From NCBI GenBank assembly GCA_965208125.1, contig OZ242320.1, positions 4,512,001 to 4,576,000 on the forward strand: 64,000 bases of DNA, read 5' to 3'. Position numbers and translations under genes: made by a program. The notes under the pieces were generated by a model. It was not told where the DNA came from, did no database searches, and worked only from the letters and a program-made list of their open reading frames with translations. Positions 30,059 to 38,878 of this stretch are shown piece after piece. This stretch comes from Candidatus Latescibacterota bacterium. GTDB taxonomy: Bacteria; Latescibacterota; UBA2968. How positions within the stretch are numbered: position 1 is the first letter of the stretch; each line of letters starts with the position of its first letter.

Positions 30059-31891
30059 CTGATACAGTTCTATTCTGCGATTTCGGATGGTGAGCATATA
30101 CATCCATGCATTTTCCCGATGGCCTTTGTCAAAGGATATTTGGCCGGTTGCACCGGGTATATCTGTCAGGGTTTCAAGGCGATCTCGCAGGCGGTCTCGG
30201 GTGGTGCCGCCCGCGTTTATGCCGTGCAGGATGGATAGCATGGCGTCGTATCCGAGAGCGGCAACGATATTCTGTTCTTGTCCAAAGCGCGAGCGGTAGT
30301 CGTTGACAAAATTTTGAACGGATTCGCGGTGGCTCTGATCGTAATATTTTGCGACAAAAATAGCACCATCTACATAATTGCCACCGTCGCGAGCCACTTC
30401 ATCGTGGTTCCAGCCATCGCTGCCCAGTACCTGGGAAGAGACGAGAGCAGAGTGAAATTGGGGGGCGATGAGTAATATGTCTTCAGCGCCACCGGCAATG
30501 AGGATGCCGTCCAGAGCTTCGACAACTTCGAGTTGTACGGTGTCTGGATCAACTACGACGGGTGGGGGAGGAGCAACGCGTATGTTACCGAGGATTAAGG
30601 AGTCAATTTCCGAAGCGAGATCATCGGGCGCTTGAAGCGCCAGTCCCGCGCTGCGGATGCGTTCAAATTGACGGCGATAATCCGTAGTACCCGGTTCGTA
30701 CCATTCTTGAATGAGTACTTCGGCACCAAGGTCTTCGGCTCTGGTGGCAAATTCGCGGGCGATGTTCCGGCCATAATCATCTCGAGACGCAAGTGAGGCC
30801 AGCGTTCGCAAGCTTTGATTATTCACGGCGTGTTCTGCAATGCGTCTGCCCTGTGCGCCCGGCGTTGCGTTGACTTGAAAGACATAGGAACTGAGGGATG
30901 CAATGCCATCGTCTGAGGCTGTTGGAGCTACCAGGGGCACTTTTTGGGCACTGAGCATGGTTGCGATAGGCGTGGTTTCCGCGCTTGTGAGCGCGCCGAT
31001 GATGGCGAGTACTCCGCGTTCTTCGACAAGATGCCGTGCCGCGCGTGCCGCGCGAATAGGATCTCCTTCGGAGTCTTCAAATATCAGTTCGACCTGGTCG
31101 TGAGATACGAGTGCATTGCGGTCTCTCGCAAGTGTGATACCGTTGCGAAGGGCTTCGCCGTTTGGGGTGCCCAATGGGGCGATGACGCCAATTTTATAGC
31201 GCGCTTTTAGGGATTCTGGAGTGGGTTGAGGCGATGTAGGTTCGGGTATGATAATTTGGCGCGCAAGCGCTGTGAATTGCCCATTTGGATGGTGATCGAG
31301 AAAGGAGGACAGGTATTTATTGCCAGTTTTGAGGTTGCCGAGTTTGATGTGCCAGCGCGCTTTGCCAAATGCAATGGCTTCGTCGATGATGGCGCGGTTA
31401 AAGTCGATTTTTAGATTGTCGATCTCGCTATCGGTCAGTTTTTCGCTGCCAGATAATTGACCCAGGCGGTCGGCTGCACGCGCTTTGGTGCGTATGTCGG
31501 TGCGACTGATAAGCACGCGTGCATATTGTATGGCAGCATTGTGAATTTGCTGCTGGTGAAAATAGCAGTCGCCAATGATCAGGTCGGTTTCGGAGATGTA
31601 TCGGCTGCGCGGATAGTGGTGTTGAAGCGCGATGGCCTCGTTCAGAGCCAGATCGAACGCTTTCAATTTGTAGTGCGATTTTGCCAGCATGAATCGCGCG
31701 GCAGAGGTGCGCTGATTTGGGGGGTGTTGTTCGACGAGTTCGCTAAACCCATCCCGAGCATCTGATAAATTGTCTTGATTATAATGGGCAAGTGCGCGTT
31801 GGAAGAGGATTTCCGCTTTCTGGCTGAATATCTCACCCGATATTTGGGTAGAGAAGAGGAAGAGAAACAGGAGTGTAGATAATTTTTTCAT
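30053..31891 (-). CDS. TPR + type I periplasmic-binding-fold protein (LpoA/penicillin-binding-protein-activator-like)
   Basis: Signal peptide, BamD-like TPRs (YP.S.Y), then IGVIAPL, IIGAL.S, ALGYDA, GATG.ISF. Confidence 0.75.
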   Translation of the reverse strand: MKKLSTLLFLFLFSTQISGEIFSQKAEILFQRALAHYNQDNLSDARDGFSELVEQHPPNQRTSAARFMLAKSHYKLKAFDLALNEAIALQHHYPRSRYISETDLIIGDCYFHQQQIHNAAIQYARVLISRTDIRTKARAADRLGQLSGSEKLTDSEIDNLKIDFNRAIIDEAIAFGKARWHIKLGNLKTGNKYLSSFLDHHPNGQFTALARQIIIPEPTSPQPTPESLKARYKIGVIAPLGTPNGEALRNGITLARDRNALVSHDQVELIFEDSEGDPIRAARAARHLVEERGVLAIIGALTSAETTPIATMLSAQKVPLVAPTASDDGIASLSSYVFQVNATPGAQGRRIAEHAVNNQSLRTLASLASRDDYGRNIAREFATRAEDLGAEVLIQEWYEPGTTDYRRQFERIRSAGLALQAPDDLASEIDSLILGNIRVAPPPPVVVDPDTVQLEVVEALDGILIAGGAEDILLIAPQFHSALVSSQVLGSDGWNHDEVARDGGNYVDGAIFVAKYYDQSHRESVQNFVNDYRSRFGQEQNIVAALGYDAMLSILHGINAGGTTRDRLRDRLETLTDIPGATGQISFDKGHRENAWMYMLTIRNRRIELYQK

Positions 31892-32370
31892 TGAACAAAG
31901 TTGATAAAATCTTCTGGGTGCAGTTTTTGAAGTCTCTGCTGAAGGAGTTCGGGGGGGTGGTTTTTGGACAGTTCGGCGCTTTTTTTCACGACTTTTTCGT
32001 CAATGTAGATTGGTGCATCAAATTTGAGTGCCATCAAGATCGCGTCGCTCGGTCGTGCGTCGAGTTCCAGAGGGATTACGGGGGAGATGAGATGTAATTG
32101 CGCGCGATAGACGTGGTCTATAATGTCTGTGATGAGCGCGTGTTGAACGCTGGCTTGCAGGTTTTTGATGACTGTTTTGATCAGGTCGTGTGCAAATGGA
32201 CGCGGTGGTTTGAAATTTTCGCCTGCAATATGAAGGGCAAGTGAGAACATTTCGCCCATTTGAATCCATATTGGCACGCGGTGGTCGCCGTCTTTTTGTT
32301 TGAGCATAACAACCGGCTCTTCGAATTGGCGGTCGATAAATATGCCTTCGATTTGGGCTTCATAGACCAT
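31888..32370 (-). CDS. Bifunctional nuclease family (DUF151) protein
   Basis: PVVML, VPIWI, PRP..HDL, LDARPSDAI..A....APIYI. Confidence 0.88.
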   Translation of the reverse strand: MVYEAQIEGIFIDRQFEEPVVMLKQKDGDHRVPIWIQMGEMFSLALHIAGENFKPPRPFAHDLIKTVIKNLQASVQHALITDIIDHVYRAQLHLISPVIPLELDARPSDAILMALKFDAPIYIDEKVVKKSAELSKNHPPELLQQRLQKLHPEDFINFVQ

Positions 32371-32396
32371 GGACGCGACCTCTGTTCGTTTTTCAA

Positions 32397-32425
32397 AATA
32401 TAAAGGAGGGCGAAGGAAGGGGCAA
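32397..32425 (-). promoter_or_regulatory. sigma70-like promoter
   Basis: TTGCCC-17bp-TATATT on minus strand. Confidence 0.55.
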
Positions 32426-32442
32426 GTGATCAGTTCTTAAAT

Positions 32443-33087
32443 TTAGTCCAAAACGAGCGAGACGGCGAGCCAGCCGCCTACGGGTATGATGTTGGAGATG
32501 AGTCTGGGATGGTCGGCAACGCGGCGGTTGTAGTCCTGTATGCCGCGGCGACCATCGCCTTCGGGCAGTGCGCGGTGTGCATGTCCGTGTCCATTGGCAT
32601 TGTCGGCGATGATGAGGCCTCCCGGGCGCGTGTTTTCAAGGGCGAAGTCGAGATATTTGGGATAGCTTTCTTTGTCTGCATCGATGAAGATGAGGTCAAA
32701 AGGTCCGTCCTGCGCCGCGTCTTGCATGAGTTTTGTGCCGTCGCCGAGTCGCACGTCTGCTCGGTCGGAGAGTCCGGCTTTTTCGTAGTTGCGCCGCGTG
32801 GCATCGGCGTGTTTGGGCTCAATTTCGAGGGTGATGAACTGCCCGTCTTCGGGCAGTGCACGGGCGAGCCAGATCCCCGAATAGCCAGCGAGCGCGCCAA
32901 ATTCGAGAATTTTTTTTGCGCCAATTGTTTTAGCGAGCAAATACAGGGTTTGCCCGGCTTCGGGGCTGACTGAGATTCGCGGAATACCCTGTTCGGCAGC
33001 GTCGGGCATGATGTTTTTGAGCAAGTCGTCTTCGCGGGCGAAGACTTCCCGTTTGTATGTGTCGAGATCGGGATAGGTTTGTTGCAT
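32443..33087 (-). CDS. SAM-dependent O-methyltransferase (CCoAOMT-like)
   Basis: ILEFGALAGYS, FDLIFIDADK, IIADN. Confidence 0.9.
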   Translation of the reverse strand: MQQTYPDLDTYKREVFAREDDLLKNIMPDAAEQGIPRISVSPEAGQTLYLLAKTIGAKKILEFGALAGYSGIWLARALPEDGQFITLEIEPKHADATRRNYEKAGLSDRADVRLGDGTKLMQDAAQDGPFDLIFIDADKESYPKYLDFALENTRPGGLIIADNANGHGHAHRALPEGDGRRGIQDYNRRVADHPRLISNIIPVGGWLAVSLVLD

Positions 33088-33112
33088 TGGATTAGCCTTT
33101 CATTGCACGCGT

Positions 33113-34156
33113 TTAGAATGTGATTCTTCTGCCTTCTTTTGCCGATTGATATGCGCCGAGGATCATTTCAACGGAGACGCGCCCTTCTTCGGGGGAGACG
33201 CGCTCGTCGCTCAGGCCGCGAATATAGTTGATAAATGGACGGGGTATGGCGGCGATGCGCTCGCCCTGTCCTTTGGGGATGTCCATTTTGAATTCGGTCC
33301 AGCAATCGTCACCTCGGCGGATGTATTTGAGTGGTACGGCGTCTTCTGATCGCGGCGCAGAGGTGGAGGGCGCGTCGCCGTAGTCCTGGATGATGGTTCC
33401 TTCGTCGCCGTAGATTTCAGTGGTGTTGACGCCTGCGGCAGTGGTGGAGCCGTTGAACAATATGCCCATTATGCCGGTTTCAAAACGGAAGATGGAGACG
33501 CCGTTATCGTCAGGCGCTACATCTGTCACGATGTTGTCGATTTCGGCCATTACTGAGACGGGACGACCAAAGACCCAGTAGAACCAGTCGGCGGCATGGG
33601 TGGCGTCGTCGAAGTACATTCCGATATTGGCAATGGGATCGAGGTGCCATCTGGATGCGCCAGTGACAAAGTGGGGATTGAGCAGTACGGGGATGCAATG
33701 TCTTCGGCGAACAACCGCGATATTTCCGACTATGCCTTTGTCAACGAGTTCCTTAATTTTGCGGTTGACGGGGTCTTGTCGCATCTGAAAGGCCATGCTG
33801 AATTTGACGCCCGCTTTATTTACGGCTTCGATGATGCGGTCGCAATCCTCAAGGGTGGTGGCCATGGGTTTTTGGAGCAGGATGTTTTTGCCCGCCTGGG
33901 CGGCCACTATCGCGTATTCTGCGTGGCGATTGGTTTCTATGCCGATCATGACGGTGTCGATGTTTGGGTCGTCGATTACGGCGTCTGCTGATGTGCGAAA
34001 TTCCATGCCGAATTTTTCAGCATTTTCGCGTCCGCGATCTTTGTTGTCGTCCCAGGTGGCGATGAGTTCGACATCGTCAAAATGCTGCATTTGACCGCAA
34101 TATGTGTTGATGTGTCCGTGTGCGTGGCTGATGACGCCAATATGAATTTTGTCCAT
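33113..34156 (-). CDS. Gfo/Idh/MocA oxidoreductase
   Basis: Rossmann N-terminus, AGK.ILLQKP, FQMR, D.A.H motifs. Confidence 0.88.
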   Translation of the reverse strand: MDKIHIGVISHAHGHINTYCGQMQHFDDVELIATWDDNKDRGRENAEKFGMEFRTSADAVIDDPNIDTVMIGIETNRHAEYAIVAAQAGKNILLQKPMATTLEDCDRIIEAVNKAGVKFSMAFQMRQDPVNRKIKELVDKGIVGNIAVVRRRHCIPVLLNPHFVTGASRWHLDPIANIGMYFDDATHAADWFYWVFGRPVSVMAEIDNIVTDVAPDDNGVSIFRFETGIMGILFNGSTTAAGVNTTEIYGDEGTIIQDYGDAPSTSAPRSEDAVPLKYIRRGDDCWTEFKMDIPKGQGERIAAIPRPFINYIRGLSDERVSPEEGRVSVEMILGAYQSAKEGRRITF

Positions 34157-34164
34157 AAATATCC

Positions 34165-35169
34165 CTATTTCACGTAAACTACGGTTTCGGTGTCGAGCGA
34201 TTCAATGGCTGCGGCAATGACTTTTTGCGCGGCAAGGCCCTCTTCGCCCGATCCGTCGATGTCTTCGGGTGCAACCCCGTCGCTGACCTGGCGGAGAAAT
34301 GTGCCGATGCGGTCGCGGAAGGTGTCGATAAAGTCTCCAAATCCTCCAAAGGCAGGGTCTGTGTACACGGTTTTTTCGAGGTTGCCAGCCGGGTAGAGGG
34401 TAAGTTCGTGCCACATGTCTTCAAGGACGAACCGGCCGCCTGTGCCAGCGACTTCGCAGCGCTCCATGGGATGCCCGCGCGCGATGTCGTAACTGCCTGT
34501 GAGTGAGCCGACCACGCCATTTTTAAAACGCATGTTGAACTGTGCGGTGGACCATATTTGGCGCCCGGGTGCTTTGGTGGCGAAACAGTGAACCGCTTCG
34601 ATATCGCCACAGAAATAGCGCATGACGTCAATGGTGTGTGGGTGAAGTGCTTTGAGGTGATAATACGGCGAGCTTTCCGCCGGGTTCATGATCCACATTG
34701 CCATATTGATAAAGAGCAGATGGCCCAGGCGCCCTTCATCGACCCATTTTTTTGCAAGGCGAGCCGCAGGGGTAAAGCGGTGGTTGAGGTCAATGCCGTA
34801 GCATACGCCCATTTCTTTTGCTTTGGCGACCATTTCTTCGCCGTGTAAAATATTATTTGAGATGGGTTTTTCGCCCAGGACGTGACAGCCGGCTTCGATG
34901 GCTTGTATGGTGGGCGCGTAGTGATCGCTGCTGTATTCATATCCGCCCGTGGCTACACTTACCACATCGGGTTTGAGTTCTTCAAGCATTTTCGGAACGT
35001 TGTAAAAAGCGGTGACGCCCAGGCGTTGTGCGGCCGCGTTGGCGCGGGTTTCGTCAATGTCGCATACGCCCATAAGTTGAGACAGTGGGTTTTCTACATA
35101 AATATCAGCGTGCCGGTTGCCAATTGGTCCCAGCCCGATGACACATACACGTAGCATAAGAGACTCCAT
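34165..35169 (-). CDS. Gfo/Idh/MocA oxidoreductase
   Basis: VIGLGPIG, HVLGEKP, NHRFTP. Confidence 0.9.
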   Translation of the reverse strand: MESLMLRVCVIGLGPIGNRHADIYVENPLSQLMGVCDIDETRANAAAQRLGVTAFYNVPKMLEELKPDVVSVATGGYEYSSDHYAPTIQAIEAGCHVLGEKPISNNILHGEEMVAKAKEMGVCYGIDLNHRFTPAARLAKKWVDEGRLGHLLFINMAMWIMNPAESSPYYHLKALHPHTIDVMRYFCGDIEAVHCFATKAPGRQIWSTAQFNMRFKNGVVGSLTGSYDIARGHPMERCEVAGTGGRFVLEDMWHELTLYPAGNLEKTVYTDPAFGGFGDFIDTFRDRIGTFLRQVSDGVAPEDIDGSGEEGLAAQKVIAAAIESLDTETVVYVK

Positions 35170-35319
35170 ATTTGGGATTGGTACTCAATCGTCCAGTTTG
35201 GCAAGACGGGGAGTTTTACTTTTTATTTAAGCATAAATTATTTTTCGTCAAGATGTTTGCGAGGCGGGGTACAACTTTGGTAGGCGTGTGATTTTTGGCT
35301 TGCAATAAGGTATTTTTCC

Positions 35320-35348
35320 TTGCCAAGTGTGTTTGAATCCGCTAAATT
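35320..35348 (+). promoter_or_regulatory. sigma70-like promoter
   Basis: TTGCCA-17bp-TAAATT. Confidence 0.55.
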
Positions 35349-35401
35349 ACGGCGTCCTGAGTTTCGAAATTTGACGAATTTGATCATTTCTACAAAATGC
35401 T

Positions 35402-35782
35402 ATGAAGCGCGAAAGAATACATTATAACACGGTACGCGAGATTTGTTTTTCGCCAGAAGATATTGCTCGCCTTTCCGATAATTTGCAGCAAAATGGCGCG
35501 CCGTGTCACATCCGTCATTTAATGCCCGGCGAGGCAGACCCTGTGCGTTTGGCTCAGGTTAAAGACGTCATTGAGACGGTGTTGATGGGGCGCAAGTACG
35601 AGGTTTTGTTGCTGCGCTCGCAGGGCAAGACGTTTACAGAGATCGCGCTGCTGTTAGAGATTTCAAAAAGTGCAGTGCAAAGCCACTACCGTATCGCTAT
35701 AAGACGGGTGCAACGCGCTCTGGGCATAGAACCCGGGCAAAAGGCCAAACCTCCATCACCATCGATGTATTCCATCGTTTAG
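35402..35782 (+). CDS. Small HTH protein (sigma70 region 4 / LuxR-like C-terminus)
   Basis: L..R..EVLLLR..G.TF.EIA..L.IS.SAV..H...A. Confidence 0.75.
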   Translation: MKRERIHYNTVREICFSPEDIARLSDNLQQNGAPCHIRHLMPGEADPVRLAQVKDVIETVLMGRKYEVLLLRSQGKTFTEIALLLEISKSAVQSHYRIAIRRVQRALGIEPGQKAKPPSPSMYSIV

Positions 35783-35952
35783 TTTTTTTCTCTCTGTTTT
35801 GTCAATCAGGTTCCGCTTTGTGCGCGACCTGTTTTTTTTTGCTCTAAGCCTCCAGTCCCTCGCCTTTTTCTTGTCTTTGTCTCATTCATGTGTATCTTTG
35901 GTGGTCATTGAAGTTGTCAATCGCACTTTTTCATTTTTGAAAGGAGCTTTTC

Positions 35953-36330
35953 ATGGCTGTATTTCTTCATACGCGCGTTCGCGTGAGCGATTTGGACAGG
36001 TCGATCCAGTATTATTGCGATCACTTTGGTTTTGTACTAAAAAGCCGTTCGGAAAAGTCGCCAGCGGGCAATCAGATCTGCCATCTGGAATTGCCGGGCA
36101 ATGAGCATACGCTGGAATTGACGTACTCCGATGATTACGAGTTGAATGTGCCCGAAGATTTGATGCATTTCGCTATCGGAGTGCCCGATTTGATTGCCTT
36201 TTGTGATGAGTTGGAGAAAAAGGGAATCGAGATTTGGCCCGGCGATTGGCGAGAGACATTTCCCACGGGCCGCAAAATGGCATTTGTCGATGATCCCGAT
36301 GGGTATGAGATTGAGTTGTTGGAGAGGTAA
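35953..36330 (+). CDS. gloA: VOC-family lactoylglutathione lyase-like protein
   Basis: FLHTRVRVSDLDRSI.YY, LELTY, HFAIGV, DPDGYEIELL; AAGGAG SD. Confidence 0.8.
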   Translation: MAVFLHTRVRVSDLDRSIQYYCDHFGFVLKSRSEKSPAGNQICHLELPGNEHTLELTYSDDYELNVPEDLMHFAIGVPDLIAFCDELEKKGIEIWPGDWRETFPTGRKMAFVDDPDGYEIELLER

Positions 36331-36353
36331 GACTTGATGGTAATACTTTATCC

Positions 36354-36809
36354 ATGTTACCCAATTTAACCGTGCGTTCGGCACAAATTTCTGATAGAAA
36401 TGCACTTAATGAATTAGTGAAACTTATTGGGCCACAATGTATTGTGGATTTTTTGAGTGGTCGTGCGTCCATAGATATGGAGCAGACGCTTGTGGCTGTG
36501 CAGGGCGATCAGGTGATTGGGTTTGTGGCGTGGTTGCAGGATGAGATGCAGGCTGTGATTGTGGGGCTTGGGGTGCGCGTCACGCATCGGCGCTTTGGCG
36601 TGGCAACGCAGTTGGTCAATGCGCTGACAGAGCATTTGCGGGAGGAGGGGGTGCGGTTGTTGGAGGTGATTGTGTCGCGCGATAGGGTGGGCGCGATGGC
36701 CGTGTTTGAATCGTTAGAGTTCAGGCAACTGGGGCACAGTGCCGTGGACTGCGTTACATTTGAGTATCGCTTGTGGGGGCGCAGAAATCGGGCAGATGGT
36801 TTTGCGTAA
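36354..36809 (+). CDS. GNAT N-acetyltransferase
   Basis: VIGFV, V...HRRFGVA acetyl-CoA motif A. Confidence 0.8.
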   Translation: MLPNLTVRSAQISDRNALNELVKLIGPQCIVDFLSGRASIDMEQTLVAVQGDQVIGFVAWLQDEMQAVIVGLGVRVTHRRFGVATQLVNALTEHLREEGVRLLEVIVSRDRVGAMAVFESLEFRQLGHSAVDCVTFEYRLWGRRNRADGFA

Positions 36810-36822
36810 TTTGTTGTAATTC

Positions 36823-36877
36823 ATAACAGGAGGTGAGTGATGCACGGTTGCAGGTTGCATCTTTTGCCTCCTGTTAT
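36823..36877. promoter_or_regulatory. Symmetric hairpin with sequestered SD sequences
   Basis: ATAACAGGAGG...GATGCA...TGCATC...CCTCCTGTTAT. Confidence 0.6.
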
Positions 36878-36917
36878 TAGTTTGGGAGTTCTGGTAGGCG
36901 ATTGAGAAAGGTGGATT

Positions 36918-38873
36918 ATGGCCGAAGTACAAGCCTCAAATACAACAGATGCGGCAACGCGCGAGGGCATCACGCTCAGGGCTGTTCTTTTTGGGTTGGT
37001 GGTAGTGCTGTGGATTGCGTTTTGGAATACGCATGCCGAGTATATCGCCCACACATCGCGTATGAATATCAGCCATTTCCCAATGGTATTGCTGTGTACA
37101 TACATACTGGTGGTGTTGCTGAATCAACTGGTGCGCTGGATAAAGCCGCGATATGCGCTGTGTCAGGCCGAGTTGCTGGTGGTACTGGCGATGGGGCTTT
37201 TGGGTGCGGCCATTCCCGCCTATGGGTTGACGAGTTTTTTCCTGGGCATGATTTCTGTGCCACATTATCTGGCGACGCCCGAAAATCAATGGTCGGAATT
37301 TGTCCATCCACATTTGCCCGATTGGCTGGTGCCGAGCAACGAAGGCTACGCCATGCAATGGCTTTATGAGGGCCTGCCTGCGGGACAGTCCATTCCATGG
37401 GATGTGTGGGTTGTGCCGCTGTTCTGGTGGTTGAGCGTTGTTGCTGCCATTGTTCTGGCGTCTATCGCGCTTTCGAGTATGTTGCGAAAACAGTGGTCGG
37501 AGCACGAGCGCGTGGCTTATCCCGTGCTCGGTCCGCCGGTAGAACTGGCTTCAGCGGCTGACGCGCCAAAGCGGGAAGGCATTTTTTACAATCGGTTGTT
37601 CTGGATCGGATGCGGCCTGATTTTTTTTGTGAAGGCGTGGAATATTATGTCGTATTTCAATCCCGGTATTCCCATTATCTGGTTGGGGCAGCAGTGGTTT
37701 TATTTTGCCCGATTTTATCCGCCGCAGCATACAGGGGTGAATTTTTTTACGATTGGCTTTGCGTATTTTGCCAATGTGGATGTGTTGTTTTCCATTTTGG
37801 TCTTTCATGTTCTGTATCTCAATGAGATTGCTTTTTTTCGCAGGATTGGGTTCACATTATCGGCTAAAACAGGTCCCGGCGATGCGGTGGCTGGTCTGCA
37901 AAGTGCCGGGGCATTTATCGCTCTGGTTTTCTGGACATTTTGGACAGCGCGGCTGCATTTGAAGGATGTGTTTCGCAAGGCTTTGCAGGGCGATGATAAT
38001 GTAGATGATTCGAATGAGTTGATGTCGCATCGCATGGCGGTTATTTCGCTTGTTATCAGCGTGTTGTTCATGTTGTTGTGGTTGCACACGATGGGGTTGG
38101 AATGGAAGTTTGCGTGTCTGTTAACCCTGGGTTTGTTCATCGCTTATGTTGGGCTTGCTCGCATTATTGCCGAGACTGGCGTGGTGTATATGAGCATGCC
38201 GATCAACGAGGCCGGGTTCACAGATTTGTTTTTTCATCCTGCAGATTATTCGGCTGGCGCGCGTACTTCAATCACATTATTCTCTTCTCTGCGCTGCCAG
38301 AGCAAGGCGATGTTTATGGTGCCTCTGGTTCACATTGCAAAGTTGGGCGAGTTGATCCAGCAGCAAAAGGGGCGTTTGTTGATGGTCGTGCTTGTGACGC
38401 TTATCGTCGGGATTGGATGGACGGTGATTCTGACGATTTTTTTGAGTTATACATACGGTGCGTATAATTTTAATGATCTTCCATTTACGCGCTATCCGCC
38501 GCGCGTGTACGACGCTCTGGTCAAAGCGTTAAAAGAAGTGCCCGAATACAAATCCGAACGCTATTTGTTTTTAGGTGCTGGGGCGCTCATTTTTAGTGTT
38601 ATGAGTTTTTTGAGGTATCGCTTTACATGGTGGCCCCTGCACCCTATGGGGATGATTGTGCCGGTGGGACACGCGATGCATTCGACGATGTCCATTTTGA
38701 TTGCGTGGAGTGCCAAAGCGATTATTCTTCGCATTGGCGGGGCATCGCTTTATCGGCGCAGCAGGCCCATTTTTGTCGGGATGCTGGTGGGCTATGGGCT
38801 TGCTGTGTTCACGTCCTATGTGGTGGATCAAATCTGGTTTCCCGAGCGCGGGCATCACATGCATTCGTGGTAG
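36918..38873 (+). CDS. DUF6785/DUF6784-like polytopic membrane protein
   Basis: G.T.RAV, RKQW..HER..YP, WWPLHPMG, GG..LYRR.RP motifs; paralog of 8023-10005. Confidence 0.75.
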   Translation: MAEVQASNTTDAATREGITLRAVLFGLVVVLWIAFWNTHAEYIAHTSRMNISHFPMVLLCTYILVVLLNQLVRWIKPRYALCQAELLVVLAMGLLGAAIPAYGLTSFFLGMISVPHYLATPENQWSEFVHPHLPDWLVPSNEGYAMQWLYEGLPAGQSIPWDVWVVPLFWWLSVVAAIVLASIALSSMLRKQWSEHERVAYPVLGPPVELASAADAPKREGIFYNRLFWIGCGLIFFVKAWNIMSYFNPGIPIIWLGQQWFYFARFYPPQHTGVNFFTIGFAYFANVDVLFSILVFHVLYLNEIAFFRRIGFTLSAKTGPGDAVAGLQSAGAFIALVFWTFWTARLHLKDVFRKALQGDDNVDDSNELMSHRMAVISLVISVLFMLLWLHTMGLEWKFACLLTLGLFIAYVGLARIIAETGVVYMSMPINEAGFTDLFFHPADYSAGARTSITLFSSLRCQSKAMFMVPLVHIAKLGELIQQQKGRLLMVVLVTLIVGIGWTVILTIFLSYTYGAYNFNDLPFTRYPPRVYDALVKALKEVPEYKSERYLFLGAGALIFSVMSFLRYRFTWWPLHPMGMIVPVGHAMHSTMSILIAWSAKAIILRIGGASLYRRSRPIFVGMLVGYGLAVFTSYVVDQIWFPERGHHMHSW

Positions 38874-38878
38874 GGAAT

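Noticed and set aside
35799-36104. Hydrophobic 101-aa ORF
   Set aside because: TTG start without an SD, derived from a T-rich intergenic tract, and overlaps gloA out of frame
38627-38878. N-terminal extension of the flippase ORF
   Set aside because: Overlaps the DUF6785 gene; the typical Wzx N-terminus starts at 38879
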